This document shows positions 37,485 to 50,310 of a stretch of DNA of 64,000 nt, piece by piece. Every line of letters begins with the position of its first letter. Positions within the stretch are counted from its first letter, which is position 1. The position numbers and the translations under genes were made by a program. The DNA comes from Polymyxa betae A26-41. Lineage: Eukaryota; Protista; Endomyxa: Phytomyxea. Location of the stretch: positions 1 through 64,000 of the forward strand of contig RBZT01000198.1 in NCBI GenBank assembly GCA_003693705.1, read 5' to 3'. The notes under the pieces were generated by a model. It saw only the letters and a list, made by a program, of their open reading frames with translations. It made no database searches and was not told the origin of the DNA.

Positions 37485-38032
37485 TTACGTCCCAGGCAAT
37501 AAGCTGTCACCCGAACATTAAGACTTGAACTCAACGAATATCAAAAGAACATAATCATTGTTGACTAAACTCATATTGTCGAAGCTAGTTTTTAGTTTTT
37601 CAGTCTTTCTGCTCGTGCATTAATTCGTAATTCGTACTTAGCAACGTATGATCCTGTACGAATTTAATTAAATGGTTGTGTTGTCTTCATAGAACAGATG
37701 TGCATATTTCTTAGCCCAAACACAATTAAGTTCTCTACATACCAGCTTGCTATAAGCAGAACCACAATAACTGACGAATTTTTGGTTGCCTTTCATTGCC
37801 TATATGACGCTTGATCGATGGGGCACATATTAAAGGCTCTTGATGCAGTTATTTGCTTCTGGAAGACATCGCAAACCTCACAATTAGTTCAACCCAAATG
37901 GTTTATGCTTGAATTAGCAACAGGTTAGTTAGTTGGTTTGATTATCAGGCCCATCTTATGAGTTATATTATATTATAGAGAGAATAGACCGGACCCAACA
38001 TCATCCATATTAAACTGATCATTTCTAAGATA

Positions 38033-38740
38033 ATGATTGTCCATACATCTACTGCTCTCGTCATATTCATATTTGCAATCCCGCATCTCTTCTATGCATT
38101 CGTCTGGACACGACCCAAGATGTTCCAGGATCTGATTCGCCCACCAAAGCATCCTGTTGATGCGTTCGCTATAGCTGCCACCCTGTTGAAAGTCGTTCAG
38201 GTTGTCGGTTTAACTCGCCATGATTACCGCTCATTTTACTATCTTCAGTTGTTTGCTATAATCGCTTGGCTGTTTGTGCACCCACCTGCTGCCAAAGAAT
38301 TGCCAGACATAATATCAATCAGAACATTGACCTGTGCTGGACTGATAATAATAGGACAAGTATGCAGTGTTTTATATGATGATATCAAAGCCTTATAGTG
38401 TTGGTCTATAGATCTTGAATATAGCTATCTATATAGCTATTGGACATGATGGTGTTTATTATGGGATTCGACTCGGTAAACCATGTCCTTGGTACTTACT
38501 TTGATGCTTTCATTCTGCCTATTAACATGTGTTGTAAGGCATACTGGTTTTCCATTTTCATTTGCTGGAATGAAGATACCTCATCCTCAATATCTGGGAT
38601 CCGTTATGACTATCTGGGGTTTACTTGGTCTTGTCCTAACATCAACTACTTTTGAGCTGGTTTATGTGGCTTCTGCTTCAACGATATATTATCTGTTGAC
38701 TGCTGCTATTGAGGACAATAAACTTCTGCCTACCAACTAG
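38033..38740 (+). CDS. Phospholipid N-methyltransferase (PEMT/plant PLMT-like), 4 exons
   Basis: GQ|ILNIAIYIAIGHDGVYYGIRLGK, TGFPFS...IPHPQYLGSVMT. Confidence 0.88.
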
Positions 38741-38853
38741 CTACCAGCAAATAAACACTTTAAGTCAATATCGAAACATTTGGCCAACATTATGTTATTA
38801 TTAACTGTTCAAAAAAATTAATGACATTCAATGATTCCTAACAGCATTCGTTA

Positions 38854-39838
38854 TCATAATTGTTCGCCTACTGCATCTTCCCGCTCCTTGCTATCCTGCT
38901 GCGATATCGTCGTTGTCGTCGTCGTCGTGGCCCCTGACCGTGCCTGCGTCTTCTGCTGTCTCGGATGAGATGGTGGCGGCGCCGGTTTTGTCGGTTCGAA
39001 TGTCATAATCTGCATCTGATGCATGACCAGATCGACTAGACAAGCCATTTTGTCAACAAAAACGAAAATGGGACTGATTGGACTAACTGGGATTTGGCTG
39101 GTAATAAGCAGATGGATAATATAGATGTGGATCAACATATTGTCCAGGAGCAGGAATATAAGCTGTATATGGATGATGCGCTAATGGAACACAATATCCA
39201 GATTCAAGGCCTGTATAGTCCATTGTCTCATGTCCATTCTGAAGATCAGCACCCGAGTCGTCGCCGACCTCCTCGTGGCTGTACAGATTCGGTCTCGGTT
39301 GGGGACCGGAGCTCCTGGCGAACTCGATTCGCACCAGACGTCCTTCCAGCTCGGTCCCATTCAGCGTCTCCATGGCTTTCGTCGCTGCCTCTATGATAAC
39401 CGATCAGATGGGACCCATGAACAAGGACAGATTCGATACCGTTCAGACCGAAACTCACGAACCCGAATCCTCGCGACCATCCGGAGCGACGATCTCGAAC
39501 GACGCGCGCTTCGGTAACCTGGCCGAATTTCGAGAACTCTTCACGAAGCCGATCTTCAGTGATCTGCCATTTCAAGTTCGAGACGTACAACCTCTGTAAA
39601 CAATCAGGTCATGAACTCATTGCTAGATTAAACAGATCACTACTTTTCTGGATGGGATGGAAGCGGTCTTGCTGTTGTCCGAATCATTACTGGCCTGAGT
39701 TCCACCCGGATTCGAAGCGCCTTCCTCCTGGGTTGTCGTGACGTCGCTGCTCTGATTGGCGGATTTCTTCCGGGGTCCATTTGAGGTTCTGGAATGCTGA
39801 TTGGTGCTGGATATTGTTGTCTTGGACATGATGGACAT
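38854..39838 (-). CDS. Single-RRM RNA-binding protein with low-complexity tail, multi-exon
   Basis: LYVSNL (RNP2), SRGFGFVSF (RNP1), LNGTELEGRLVRIEFA. Confidence 0.85.
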
Positions 39839-40177
39839 CTACAGATAGAACAACGATGCGATACAGGAAGCAGAACGAATGCGGACCTGAACGGCTCTAT
39901 TTAATCGGTAACATCTCGCTCTATCTTTATCTATCTATCTATCAATCTTCCAGCTGCCAGATCGATCACCTCGAGCTGCCTTAAAATTCTGCCCAACTGC
40001 GAACTTGCCAAAACCTACATCATCTAGTCCCAATATGATTTCTATGAGATTTCAATACATAGATGTATTAATATTTCATCTAGCGACCAAGTGAAGGATC
40101 AACAGAATGTTTGGGGAATAGCAATCTGTTGGTCACCATACTCCAGTGTCATATCAATCTTTGCTGCCGATCTGGAA

Positions 40178-42718
40178 TCAGGAAGCAGTCGGGGAAGCAG
40201 TCGGCGGCTGTGACATGATCAAAGCGATGTGATAGCCGCAGACGATATCATGGACCCGACCACAAACGACCGGGTCTAGTTCGAGAATTGTCGGTGAATC
40301 GAGGACCTGCTTGCCGTTCAGGGATCCGGCTATCAGGACATCAGCAGTTCGAGTTAGGGCCATTGTGGCCGTTTTAGCGCATGCAATTCTGACGACACCA
40401 CAATTAGCGAATGCCGGCACTAGAACAGGAGACATCGACATCTTGACAGCTGCTTGGATACCAAGCTGTCCATTGGCATTGCATCCCCAAGCATAGATCT
40501 GCCCAGACTTTGTACGAGCTACAACATGACGTCCGCCGGGGACCAAATCCATGATTTCCGATGGTATTGGAACGGCGGTCAGTTCGCTGCGATCTTGACA
40601 ATCTCCCAGGCCGAGACGTCCATGCCGTCCTGTTCCACATGCAAATACCTGTCCGGAATTGGTCACGACATAGCTGTGTAATAAAATATCAGAAATCAGA
40701 TGATTGCTAACGGGGAGATTATCCTGCCTGGATTCTGTTGAGCATGCCACTAACTGTACAGCAGCTGGCAATGGTGTCGTGATCAAAGTCGGAGTGAAAT
40801 GATGACCGGTCTGATCCCGTCCAAGCCATGGACCTTCTCCGCCCCATGACCAGATCTCATTTTCTAAAGAGACCACGAATGTGTGCTTAGCAGCAGATGC
40901 TACAGATCTGACTCTAATGTGTGCGAGAGCTGGGATCGGCGTCGTAGACGTCACGGTTTTAACCGCGCCTTTCATACCGAGCAGAGAGCATCGACCCCAC
41001 CCGTATAGCTGAAGGGATGGCGAGCTGCTCACAGCCAGGTGATGATCACGGCCGCACGATAACGCTGAAAAATTGACGCCATCGGGACGAGGAATGGTGA
41101 CGGGACCGGCGGCGACGCCATCTTCATTGAACGACCATTGTAGAATGGAACCGTCAATGGTGATTGCGGACGCTTCGGCACATCTCGCTGCTAGATGAAT
41201 GATATTTGCTGTCGATGTCAATTGACGTAACATGCCGTCCTTCTCAATCGATAAGACCTGGCAAGGGACCAAAGGGTCATTAACGGCAACGAAGGCCTTG
41301 GCAATCGCCGCCATTGCATTTGGTTTCGTAACTTTCTCGAAGAGAACAGCTGTTTTTTTAGATACATCGTCGTATTGCTTATTTGTATCAGTATGTTGGT
41401 TGAATTGTTTTCGGTTAGGCGGCGACTCCGGGCCATTGCTTGAGGCACGTTTGATTGAAGTCGCAGAAACCAGCGAGCGTGCGTCTGCGTATGATGAGCG
41501 AATCGATTTCATTTGAACCGAAACCGGAGCAACAAACGATGGCGACCGCAGCGGCTCAGGCTCAGGCTCAATTTCGATTTTCTTGCTGAGACTATTTCGT
41601 TTTTGTAACGTGGGTACCGAGACAACAATTGAACGACGTTGATTAGTCATCTCGTCCTTCCTGCTGAAATTCTCTCGTTTCTGTAAACTTGTCGTTGCCA
41701 TCAGTGACGGGCTCTGAAACGCTTCCGATTTTGCATCGCCTTTATCGAAACTGTCTCGTTTCGTGGCAACATGCAGCGACCGGTGACTTTGGTTCTGGAA
41801 CGTTTCAGGTTTGTTATCGTTCTTGTTGAAATTATCATGTTTTGGTAGATTTGATGATGATATTACTGCAGCATTTTGGCTCGATTTCGTCTCCAATCTC
41901 TCTTCTTTTTTGTTGAAATTTTCCCATTTTGCTGCAGACAGAAGCGACCGGCGTTGTCTCTGGCCGACCTCCTTCTCATCCTTTCTGCTGACATCATCAA
42001 GCTGCGAAGAGTTCACAGATGCGACATTCGGCGAATGTTGAGATTGAGGCAAGAATGCCGGCGGCGTCATTGCCACCAGTCCACGACTCTGCACAACCGA
42101 AGAGCGGCCCATAGGCGTCTTCCGAATTGTCATAGCGCGGTTAAACGCCACGACCCATTCCTGTCGCTCTCGTTCGCTTTTCATCTCCAGCAAATACTCC
42201 TGTTCTGCGCCTTTTAACAACGTCAATGTGATTCCGGTCTTCCTGGTCAAGATGATTTTTGTATGGGCGAGATTGATGAGCAGAATCGGGGTCGACCCTT
42301 GAGCAAAAATGATATGGGCGTTGCCCAAGAGTATTAACGTCACCGTCTTGCCATTTAAATCGGCCTGACCCAATCGAAGAAATTTGCAGTTCGGAGCGAT
42401 TGGTCTACTTGCAATTAGGGCATCAAGCAAGACACAAATCTGATCGGAGTCGTCGGAATTCGCCGTCTGGACATCGACCGGGATCTGGGCGCGCCGATAG
42501 ATGGTGAATTGTGTCTCTGGATTGCGGACATCAAACTGGAAGCAGATAATATAGGAGGCGCTGATTGACAGCAACAGGCCATCCATTGTGAAGAGCTCAA
42601 CGGATTGGTTCTGAGCATTGACACGAAGGATTCCATTCAGTAATTCGTTCGTGGTAGGATGCCGAAACGACGCCGCGAAGCAGTGCACGGCCTGAACATG
42701 GGCCTCGTCGACATCCAT
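40178..42718 (-). CDS. Protein with N-terminal PH-like domain(s), disordered linker and C-terminal RCC1 repeats
   Basis: PH C-terminal helix ERQEWVVAF; RCC1 repeats SCGRDHHLA, VFACGTGRHGRLGLG, IYAWGCNANGQLG; probable 54-nt GC-AG intron 40674-40727. Confidence 0.8.
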   Translation of the reverse strand: MDVDEAHVQAVHCFAASFRHPTTNELLNGILRVNAQNQSVELFTMDGLLLSISASYIICFQFDVRNPETQFTIYRRAQIPVDVQTANSDDSDQICVLLDALIASRPIAPNCKFLRLGQADLNGKTVTLILLGNAHIIFAQGSTPILLINLAHTKIILTRKTGITLTLLKGAEQEYLLEMKSERERQEWVVAFNRAMTIRKTPMGRSSVVQSRGLVAMTPPAFLPQSQHSPNVASVNSSQLDDVSRKDEKEVGQRQRRSLLSAAKWENFNKKEERLETKSSQNAAVISSSNLPKHDNFNKNDNKPETFQNQSHRSLHVATKRDSFDKGDAKSEAFQSPSLMATTSLQKRENFSRKDEMTNQRRSIVVSVPTLQKRNSLSKKIEIEPEPEPLRSPSFVAPVSVQMKSIRSSYADARSLVSATSIKRASSNGPESPPNRKQFNQHTDTNKQYDDVSKKTAVLFEKVTKPNAMAAIAKAFVAVNDPLVPCQVLSIEKDGMLRQLTSTANIIHLAARCAEASAITIDGSILQWSFNEDGVAAGPVTIPRPDGVNFSALSCGRDHHLAVSSSPSLQLYGWGRCSLLGMKGAVKTVTSTTPIPALAHIRVRSVASAAKHTFVVSLENEIWSWGGEGPWLGRDQTGHHFTPTLITTPLPAAVQLVACSTESRQDNLPVSNHLISDILLHSYVVTNSGQVFACGTGRHGRLGLGDCQDRSELTAVPIPSEIMDLVPGGRHVVARTKSGQIYAWGCNANGQLGIQAAVKMSMSPVLVPAFANCGVVRIACAKTATMALTRTADVLIAGSLNGKQVLDSPTILELDPVVCGRVHDIVCGYHIALIMSQPPTASPTAS

Positions 42719-43012
42719 GGCCGTGCAAAGCCGATATTGTCGACAGAAAATATCCAATACGTACTCGGAATATCGATCGCAGGAATGGCGATATTGCGGC
42801 TGCTATCCTGACCTTGATCCCCACACATGAAGGGCGTCGTCATAATGCCACAGTGGAAACCCAAGTTGTCGTTCGGGAGACTGGTCAATTCCAATATGTT
42901 TAGAACAATCGCATTGATAGACAATACGAAATAAACATTCAAGGCTGCCTGTTGTCGATCGAGAAGGGGTACACAAAGTTCAGAAGCATCGCGTGTAGGG
43001 AGAAATCTCTCT

Positions 43013-46000
43013 ATGACCGACTTCTACCTTCCTCCAAATCCCGCAACTTGGTCCACATTGGACGTTCTAAAATGGCTACGGTTGATCGAGGCACCTCAAC
43101 ACATCGAGCGGTTTCGAACCCGGGGCATTACAGGCTATGCGCTAATTGGCCTCGATGAGAGCGCTTTGGTCGATCTTGGCATAACAGATCCGATCGAGCG
43201 GCGGCGTATGTTTCTCGAGATCCGACTTCTAAAGACCAACGCTGTTCAGTCGGATATGGGCCTGTCATCTCAATCGCCATCCGAGCTAGAAATGGAATCG
43301 GATGGTCGCAAAGGCTCCTTGCTGAAAATGCGACGAGCGCTGAAAACCCGAACAAGCAGTGGCCGATATAATGCATCGTCATCGATATCCAATCTGAAGC
43401 CAATTAGGCCGGGGTCCAACAGGAGGATTGAGTTGAGACTAAAAGGTGCAAATACCAAACATTAATCAGATTCAGTGGTTTCAATATGCTTTAGAAAAAG
43501 ACGAGGATAATTCGGTTTCTCAGATGAGCGATCAATTGATGTTGGATGAGAGGCACAAAATTCAGTCGTTGGTAGCCAATCTAGTGAATGCCATGGATAT
43601 CCTGAAATCGTTGAAGAAGAAAGATGGTAGCGAAAGCGATTCATCGTCCGGCAGCGATTCGGATGACGGCAGTGACGAATGGGAAGGTCCTACCCCAGCA
43701 CTTTATAGGCGTCAGAAAGCTTTGAACTTGGCGGGACTTGAACGTCGCGAGGAACCAGAAACACCGGAGATGAACGAGAATAACAAGGACCCAAAGAACA
43801 GAACAATGTTCTCGGGAATCCTTGATGAGGAGGTCTTCAGAATATATCTTGATGTTAGCGATTGAAATTCTGTTCAGGCAACGAAGAAATCCAAGAAGAA
43901 ACAGCGCGATCATTGGTACGAAGTTATGGGACCGAAGCAAAGGCTTTCAGCAAAAGAGATCGCTGAACAGGTTGGATCCCTGAGAAACAGCGAAGTCGAA
44001 TAATTTACATAACGTCGCAGTATCGAATGGATGCCAGCTTCAAGAAACTCAGAAGAGGATCCCGAATTCTGTTGCGTTCCGATACCCAGACTTCATTGGA
44101 CGGTGACGATGAAAATGACGATGATCTCGGGGACGATCAGCAACCTGCCGTTGTAAGCGAATGGGTGATTCTGCCATTGAACCGATACAGATTAATTTGG
44201 GACTTCATCATCATGCTGCTGGTGGTTTATTACGGCCTGATAACACCCGTTAATATGGTATTGTTTATATGAATGATACATTGTCCTTACAACTAGTGAC
44301 ATCCGTTCCAAGGCCTTCAATGATTTAATAAGCAATTTCGCAATGGATACCACATTCAATTGTTTGTTCATAATCGATATCGGGTTAAACTTCCTAACAG
44401 CTTTCCGCATTGAGAAAGGACCTCGAAAGGGTCAGCTAGAAGTGCAATTGTCGCAAATTCGGAAGGTCTACAATAGTGCCTCGATTTGAAAGCAATCGCT
44501 ATAAGATTTCTACAGGAATACCTGAGGCAATGGTTTTGGATTGATTTGGTGGCCTCAGTGCCACTCGATATGATCTTCGGTTTGGCAGGAATCGGAGTCA
44601 GCGCTTCGTTTAACAAACTATTTCGACTCATCCGAGGATTTAAGCTGGTTCGTGTTATAAAGATGTCGCGCGCTGTTAAAAGGCTTACTCATGTTGGTCA
44701 CCTGGCATTGTTGCTATATGCAAAGTCAGATTCTTTCAGGGACATCGAGCAAATCCTGGTGTTGCTCGATTGGCGAAAAACCTGCTGTTTTTGATAATTA
44801 CCTGGCATTATATGGGTTGTGCTTATTGGATAGTTTCTGATTTCATTGGATTCGATACCGAAGGCTGGACTCCAGACCCAGATATGCACGACGCTAATGC
44901 CACTCTCAGATACCTCCAGGTCGATTGAGAGAATTAATTGCTCGTCGATGGTTAATCAATCATGGGAACAGGCTTTTTATTGGAGTCTGGCCGCTACCAC
45001 ATCAGTAGGGAAGAACCTGGAACCTACAGACAATTTGCAAACCTGGTTCTCGATGGTGATGGTCGTGGTCGGTGTAATGATCATGGCTTTTGTCGTCGGT
45101 GCATCCTCTATTGCTCTAGAAGATATGGACTCTGGTGATTCTGAAAAGAGAGCACGAGTTGAGGTCCAATAATTCCTATGAGTTCGAGTAAATTGCTCAC
45201 TCCTGTTCTCAGGCGGTCAATGCTCTTTTTGCAGAGAAACATGATATGGACGGCCGTTTAAAGAAGCATATTTTGGACTACTATGAGTATACGCTGACAA
45301 GAAGCGCAGGTCTGGACCTTCTTGAAGTAACAAATATCGTTATAGAACATGAGATGTTGCATCAATCCAGTGTTCTGTTTAGGATTTACACACGACATTG
45401 AAAAGTGAGCTTAACTGGAACCTGCACGAGAGGTTGCTCGCTAAGGTACCGATGTTTGACAAATTATCACATGATTGCTTATCAGCGATCATTCGCGAAC
45501 TGACGCCTAAGGTTGAGGAGATTGATCGAAAAATCTCTAAATCGATGCTAATCGTTTCAGCAGACTTACTTGCCGAAAGAGTACATATGCCTGGAAGGTG
45601 AACGTATGACGATGATATTTTTCATCTTGAGTGGTCGAGTGGCAGTCGTGGATACATCCAGCAGGAAGCAGAAGCCACTGGCTGTTCTAAAAGGTGACAA
45701 GGATTGGCTACCGGATTAGGCCAAGGTTTCTAAACCTGTTGATAGAGGGCGGGTTTTTCGGCGAGCGATGTGTTATAGACAATAGCCGAATGAATCAGAC
45801 GATGCAGGCTATGTGTTATTGTGATCTATTACTGCTCCATAAACAACAGGTCACGTCATGTGTGAAATCCACACACGGGATTGTCACGCTGAGATTTCCC
45901 CTCACAGGTCAAACGAATAATACGTTACTATCCCGAGTTCCTGCCAGCATTACAGAGTCATCTTTATAGAGAGGTTCAGTAACAAGCCTGTCATTTGGCA

Positions 46001-46205
46001 TTTGGTCTAAGATCCGATTCAGGCTAAGATGTCACACTGGGAGAAGATTGCATTCGTGTTGAACAATCTGAGAATGCTACATAAGGTGGGAGCCGACGCC
46101 AGATTTGAAGAGATGTATTGCAAATTCGACTTCATCGGTAAAATGGCAAAGGACACCCAACAGCCGATAAATCGGGGAAGTTTTATTTCAAGAATAAATA
46201 GATAA
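43013..46205 (+). CDS. Cyclic-nucleotide-binding-domain 6TM cation channel with N-terminal SAM domain, multi-exon
   Basis: SAM WSTLDVLKWL...GITGYALI...LGIT; S1-S4 WDFII...YLRQWFWIDLVASVP...RLIRGFKLVRVIK; pore AFYWSLAATTSVG; CNBD LAKVPMF...GGFFGE. Confidence 0.85.
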
Positions 46206-46274
46206 CCCAGGAGCTCAGCTTGGACAGAGATGGATAGGTGGAAATAGGCTTCCTAAGGCGGTATGGACACAGAA

Positions 46275-47478
46275 TTAAAAATGGACAACATCGACTTTGT
46301 TAGCGGCGATTCGTTGTTCGATAATATTCCAGAGGGTATGATACACACTGGTTGTTAAATGGCGCCTGGACTTGCTAACTGAGAACGATTTCACTCCCCA
46401 GGTTGCAATATTCGGATGCGGTTTCTCATCGTCGAAATGCAAATAACAACAGAAGACTTTTTCGAACACTTCCTGTGGCGTCTTTCCTATTTTCCAATCT
46501 TTGAATTGCCATGACTGACCCTGGACAATAATGCAGACGACACGACGCCACATATCTTGTGAGAACGACTCTGCATCATGATAGACCTCGTACTTAACTT
46601 GCTGATCGGATACGCCCGATTTCCTGCTAATCACAACTTTATCTGGCATCGCTTTTACCGACTGTCTTTTCTCATTTGAAGACACCCAGCGACCTTCTTG
46701 AAAGAACTCCAGAGCGTTGTAAATGGTGACGACGGAAGCCAAACTCGTTGGGACAATAATAATCGGAATGCCTTTTTTCACAGATTTCGGTGCTGGTGTA
46801 AAACATCAATCAATGCAGAAACATTGAAACGAAAGCCCACTTACTTGGATTAGATGGTCGCGGACGTTTCGATGGCGTTCGAGATTCGCTTCTCGTATCC
46901 TCTTTTCGTACAGATTCGAATAATTTCAAAGCAAGAGAGAATCCCTTCCTGGGATTCTGCATGATACTTTCCCTAGAAATGAGAAGAATCTCGTCAGATC
47001 TAAAACTACATTTGACATTGGAGACACCAGGGACGGCACTAGGCGCCAGTTCCTCTGGTTTAGCCTCAACTGCTGCTGTGCCTTTCTGCTCCAATAATAG
47101 GGCGACATCAATATAGTCGGATTGGGATGTAGCTCCAGTTAAATAGGCGAGCACATCTTTCAAGTCGTTGATGGCGACCGCTTTTTTGACGCCCTGATCA
47201 CGACACACCCGGAAATAATCTGAATATTTCACTTTCTGATCCGTTTGAAGCAGCATCAGGACGGCCAATGCATCGAGCGAATACGGCTCGCCTTTGCCCC
47301 GATTAGACCGATACTACAAGGACACTTAATTCAAGCATGTCGAGAACCATGGCGGAAGTACAGCGGTATTAACATCGACAGGAAACTTTCGGTCACCGAT
47401 TCTGTAATAATCTCCATCCCGTTCGATGCTGATTCCAGCTCGATATGCATCGCGGAGTGCTGTCAATGGATCGGCCAT
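46275..47478 (-). CDS. CDC73: Paf1 complex subunit CDC73/parafibromin, 2 exons
   Basis: MADPLTALR N-terminus; IPIIIVP...TIYNALEFF...WRRVVCIIVQGQSWQFKDW C-domain. Confidence 0.9.
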
Positions 47479-47888
47479 AACAGCGTGATGTCACCTCTCT
47501 ATCGATATGACAGAGGCCTTAGACCAGTATGATACCCGACTTCCCGCAATAGCATATGATAGCAAACTGTGCTACAGACCGGCATTTTATCACCAAGATC
47601 ATCTATTCAAATGATAAAGTGTCATTCTGCTCTGATAAATCAGCGAATGATTATCTACAGCTTCTGTAAAGATTTGATAATTGAGGTTTTCTTCAAAGAA
47701 ATGTAATCCTTTGAGGACATCTTTCATCATAATCATAAATGCATTCTAAACTCTATCTGTTTACCAATGCAAGTTTCAGCTGTTATGTAAAAGTTGTATT
47801 AACTATTGATAAAAATACTTGGAGATTTCTGAAGTCCGTTACGGAGTCCATTCATGGCATCTGCTTCAGGTCTAATCTGTTTGCCAGC

Positions 47889-48572
47889 ATGGCTGTTCAT
47901 CTACATGAGGCCAAAATCCAGGTCTCAGTTCCTATCCCTCCGGCTCTTCTGACAGAGCCCAGAGTGGCCATTCAGATATATTTAAATGACCTTTTGCTCA
48001 CGTAAAACACTTGCTCTTTGCCGGATGTTGGTCTTAGGAAAATCTTTCGCAGGCATGTTCCTGCTATCTCAGGAGTCGTTCTGTCATATTCGGATTTGAA
48101 GCTCGTTGATGAACTGGGCCAGATCGTAGACGGATCATCGTTAATCCATGTCCGAGTAAGAGCCAAGATTCTGTTTTATGAGTTACGTCATAATCAGTCA
48201 ATCAGTAAGAGACATTCCTGTTTACAGCTGAATGATTCCTGAATTGGTCCAGATTGTACCGTCACGAGTCTATCGCCTGAGTTCATCGGCCTCAATTTCC
48301 TTGATGTCTTCCATGTCTCGGTTCTTGCCCAGAAAATCACTTCATATTCGTGGGAATCGGGAATATGGACCTGCAGCGATACAGGAGTTGAATTAAGAAT
48401 CGGCGATACCATTCCTGTTATTGTAGATTCGTAATATCAAAGTTGTTGTGAATGTTCGCCTGATTCTAATATGCGTATTAGGCTGGTAACTACAGAGGGT
48501 CACTTGACCATCCATGGTAGTCTTGTCGGCAACTCTAAAGACCCCAAAAGGTTATCGAGGAAATCGAAATAA
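47889..48572 (+). CDS. RPA43: RNA polymerase I subunit RPA43-like (Rpb7 family), multi-exon
   Basis: IPPALL...LNDLLL...GVVLSYSDLK...IHVRVRA...SPEFIGL pattern. Confidence 0.75.
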
Positions 48573-48802
48573 AAAGCATATTTTTAAAGATACCGGTTTA
48601 TTTGACAATAGGGGGCTGTTTATGGAAGTTATCTATTTGTGTTCTTATCAAGTCAACCGAAAATGTTAGCAAAAGTGAAGCGCAACGATTCCCAAATTGA
48701 TCGCACCGATGAATTATCAAATTATGTGATTGGACGCAATCGCCCAATAATGCTGTCATAACTCTTGTTTCGTCTGGTTTGAGCACACGAGACTTAAACA
48801 AC

Positions 48803-49069
48803 ATGGTGCAACAGATTGACCTCAAACCTGAGCACATCCTGGAAGTTACGAAGCACAAAATGATGCTACAAGATATAGAGGAGAAGTCCTGGGAGCGTTT
48901 CCTGAAAGTCATTAAAGAGGATGAAGATCGCTTACTCGAAAATGTCGATCTAGCTATCAAAACGATCGACAATGCTGATTTACCCTATACACAGAAATGG
49001 TTTGTTACTTCAGCATGGGCGAAGAAATATGCACATCATTTCCCCAAAGCACCTGAATCCGAGCGCTGA
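48803..49069 (+). CDS. Small orphan protein, tandem paralog 1 (88 aa)
   Basis: Shares KHKxM...W.xFL...IKxI/VxxAxM/LPYxxKWFVTxxWxKK with paralogs 2 and 3; AATAAA ~45 nt downstream. Confidence 0.85.
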   Translation: MVQQIDLKPEHILEVTKHKMMLQDIEEKSWERFLKVIKEDEDRLLENVDLAIKTIDNADLPYTQKWFVTSAWAKKYAHHFPKAPESER

Positions 49070-49300
49070 TTTCAAGTATCAACTGAGTGTTGCTTTGAGG
49101 TGCGTTCGACATCAAATAAAACGGCTTGCTACAGTATACTTGAGAATTCAACGATGATTTTCTAGCATATGAATAGATTATTGCTAGTTTTAGTAACTTT
49201 TACAGATTTCTTCTTGATAAGTCGATGCGTAGGTATGGGTCGAATTTCAAGCTTACGCGGGACGCAGCGGTTCCTAATTCAACCAAAGCGAAGAAATGTC

Positions 49301-49355
49301 GCGTGAAATTATTGGATGCAATTTCGCCGCGAGGAATTACTGGATGCAATATCGC
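49301..49355 (+). promoter_or_regulatory. 27-bp imperfect direct repeat (x2) upstream of paralog 2, core AYTGGATGCAAT; related ATTGGACGCAAT at 48729-48740 upstream of paralog 1
   Basis: gcgtgaaattattggatgcaatttcgc / gcgaggaattactggatgcaatatcgc. Confidence 0.45.
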
Positions 49356-49463
49356 ATGAAAAGGAAATGAATTCACCGTCTTCGTGGTAGGTCCCAGTCA
49401 CCAAGCCGTAAGCGCCAAAACTCATCGGATCTGGTTTGAGCAAGAAAGGAGATTCAAGCGAAT

Positions 49464-49718
49464 ATGACTGAACTCAAGCAGCTGAACATCGACGTCCAAG
49501 ATATGGTCGACTGCCTGAAGCACAAGATCATGGAAAGTGAAATGGAACAAGAATGCTGGAAGAATTTCCTGGAAGTCACTGGTCAGGATGAACAAACAAT
49601 GATCACAGATATCGATCAATATATCAAGGCTGTGGATCAAGCCAAGATGCCTTACATGCAGAAATGGTTCGTGACGGCTAGCTGGGTAAAGAAGCATACA
49701 CATCCCACTGAGCGTTAG
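49464..49718 (+). CDS. Small orphan protein, tandem paralog 2 (84 aa)
   Basis: MTELKQLNIDV...MPYMQKWFVTASWVKKH; AATAAA downstream. Confidence 0.85.
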   Translation: MTELKQLNIDVQDMVDCLKHKIMESEMEQECWKNFLEVTGQDEQTMITDIDQYIKAVDQAKMPYMQKWFVTASWVKKHTHPTER

Positions 49719-50046
49719 TCTCACGATATACCTTGCCGAATGCTTGTTTGAAAATCACTATTTAAAATAAAATGGATCTGGTTTTAGGATTGAAATCACC
49801 CATCAGTTCTTGTTTATCGTTGATAGGATTCACATTGGCAACTCAACAACTCCAAATTGGTGTGCTTTTAGGCGATAGCCAGAATCTGTATGAACGGCGG
49901 ACTATATAAAGCGGAATGAAGCGCTCTGAGAATCAATCGTATAGTTGAATCTCTGGACTGGAGCAAACTATTCATCAGTTATAGCAGTCGGTAAATTTGT
50001 GGTCACAATTCTTTGGATTTGGGAGCTAGCACTACAACATTTGAGC

Positions 50047-50310
50047 ATGGTGCGAGGAAGAGTGAACATTGACGTCAATGATATGATGGAGATCATGAAA
50101 CACAAGGTCATGGAGAGCGAAGTTGAAGAGAAATGTTGGAAGTCTTTTTTGAAGCACTGTAAAGAGGACGAGAACAAATTGGTCGGTGACATGGAGTTGT
50201 ATATCAAAGCTATCGAACAGGCAGACATGCCTTATTTGGAGAAATGGTTCGTCACTGCTGCATGGGCGAAGAAGCATTATCATTTTCATCCTAAAACGGA
50301 GCGCTCTTGA
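50047..50310 (+). CDS. Small orphan protein, tandem paralog 3 (87 aa)
   Basis: MVRGRVNIDV...MPYLEKWFVTAAWAKKH; TATATAAA at ~49903-49910; AATAAA downstream. Confidence 0.85.
   Translation: MVRGRVNIDVNDMMEIMKHKVMESEVEEKCWKSFLKHCKEDENKLVGDMELYIKAIEQADMPYLEKWFVTAAWAKKHYHFHPKTERS

Noticed and set aside
39918-39946. (ATCT)n tract
   Set aside because: Short ordinary microsatellite in a promoter region.
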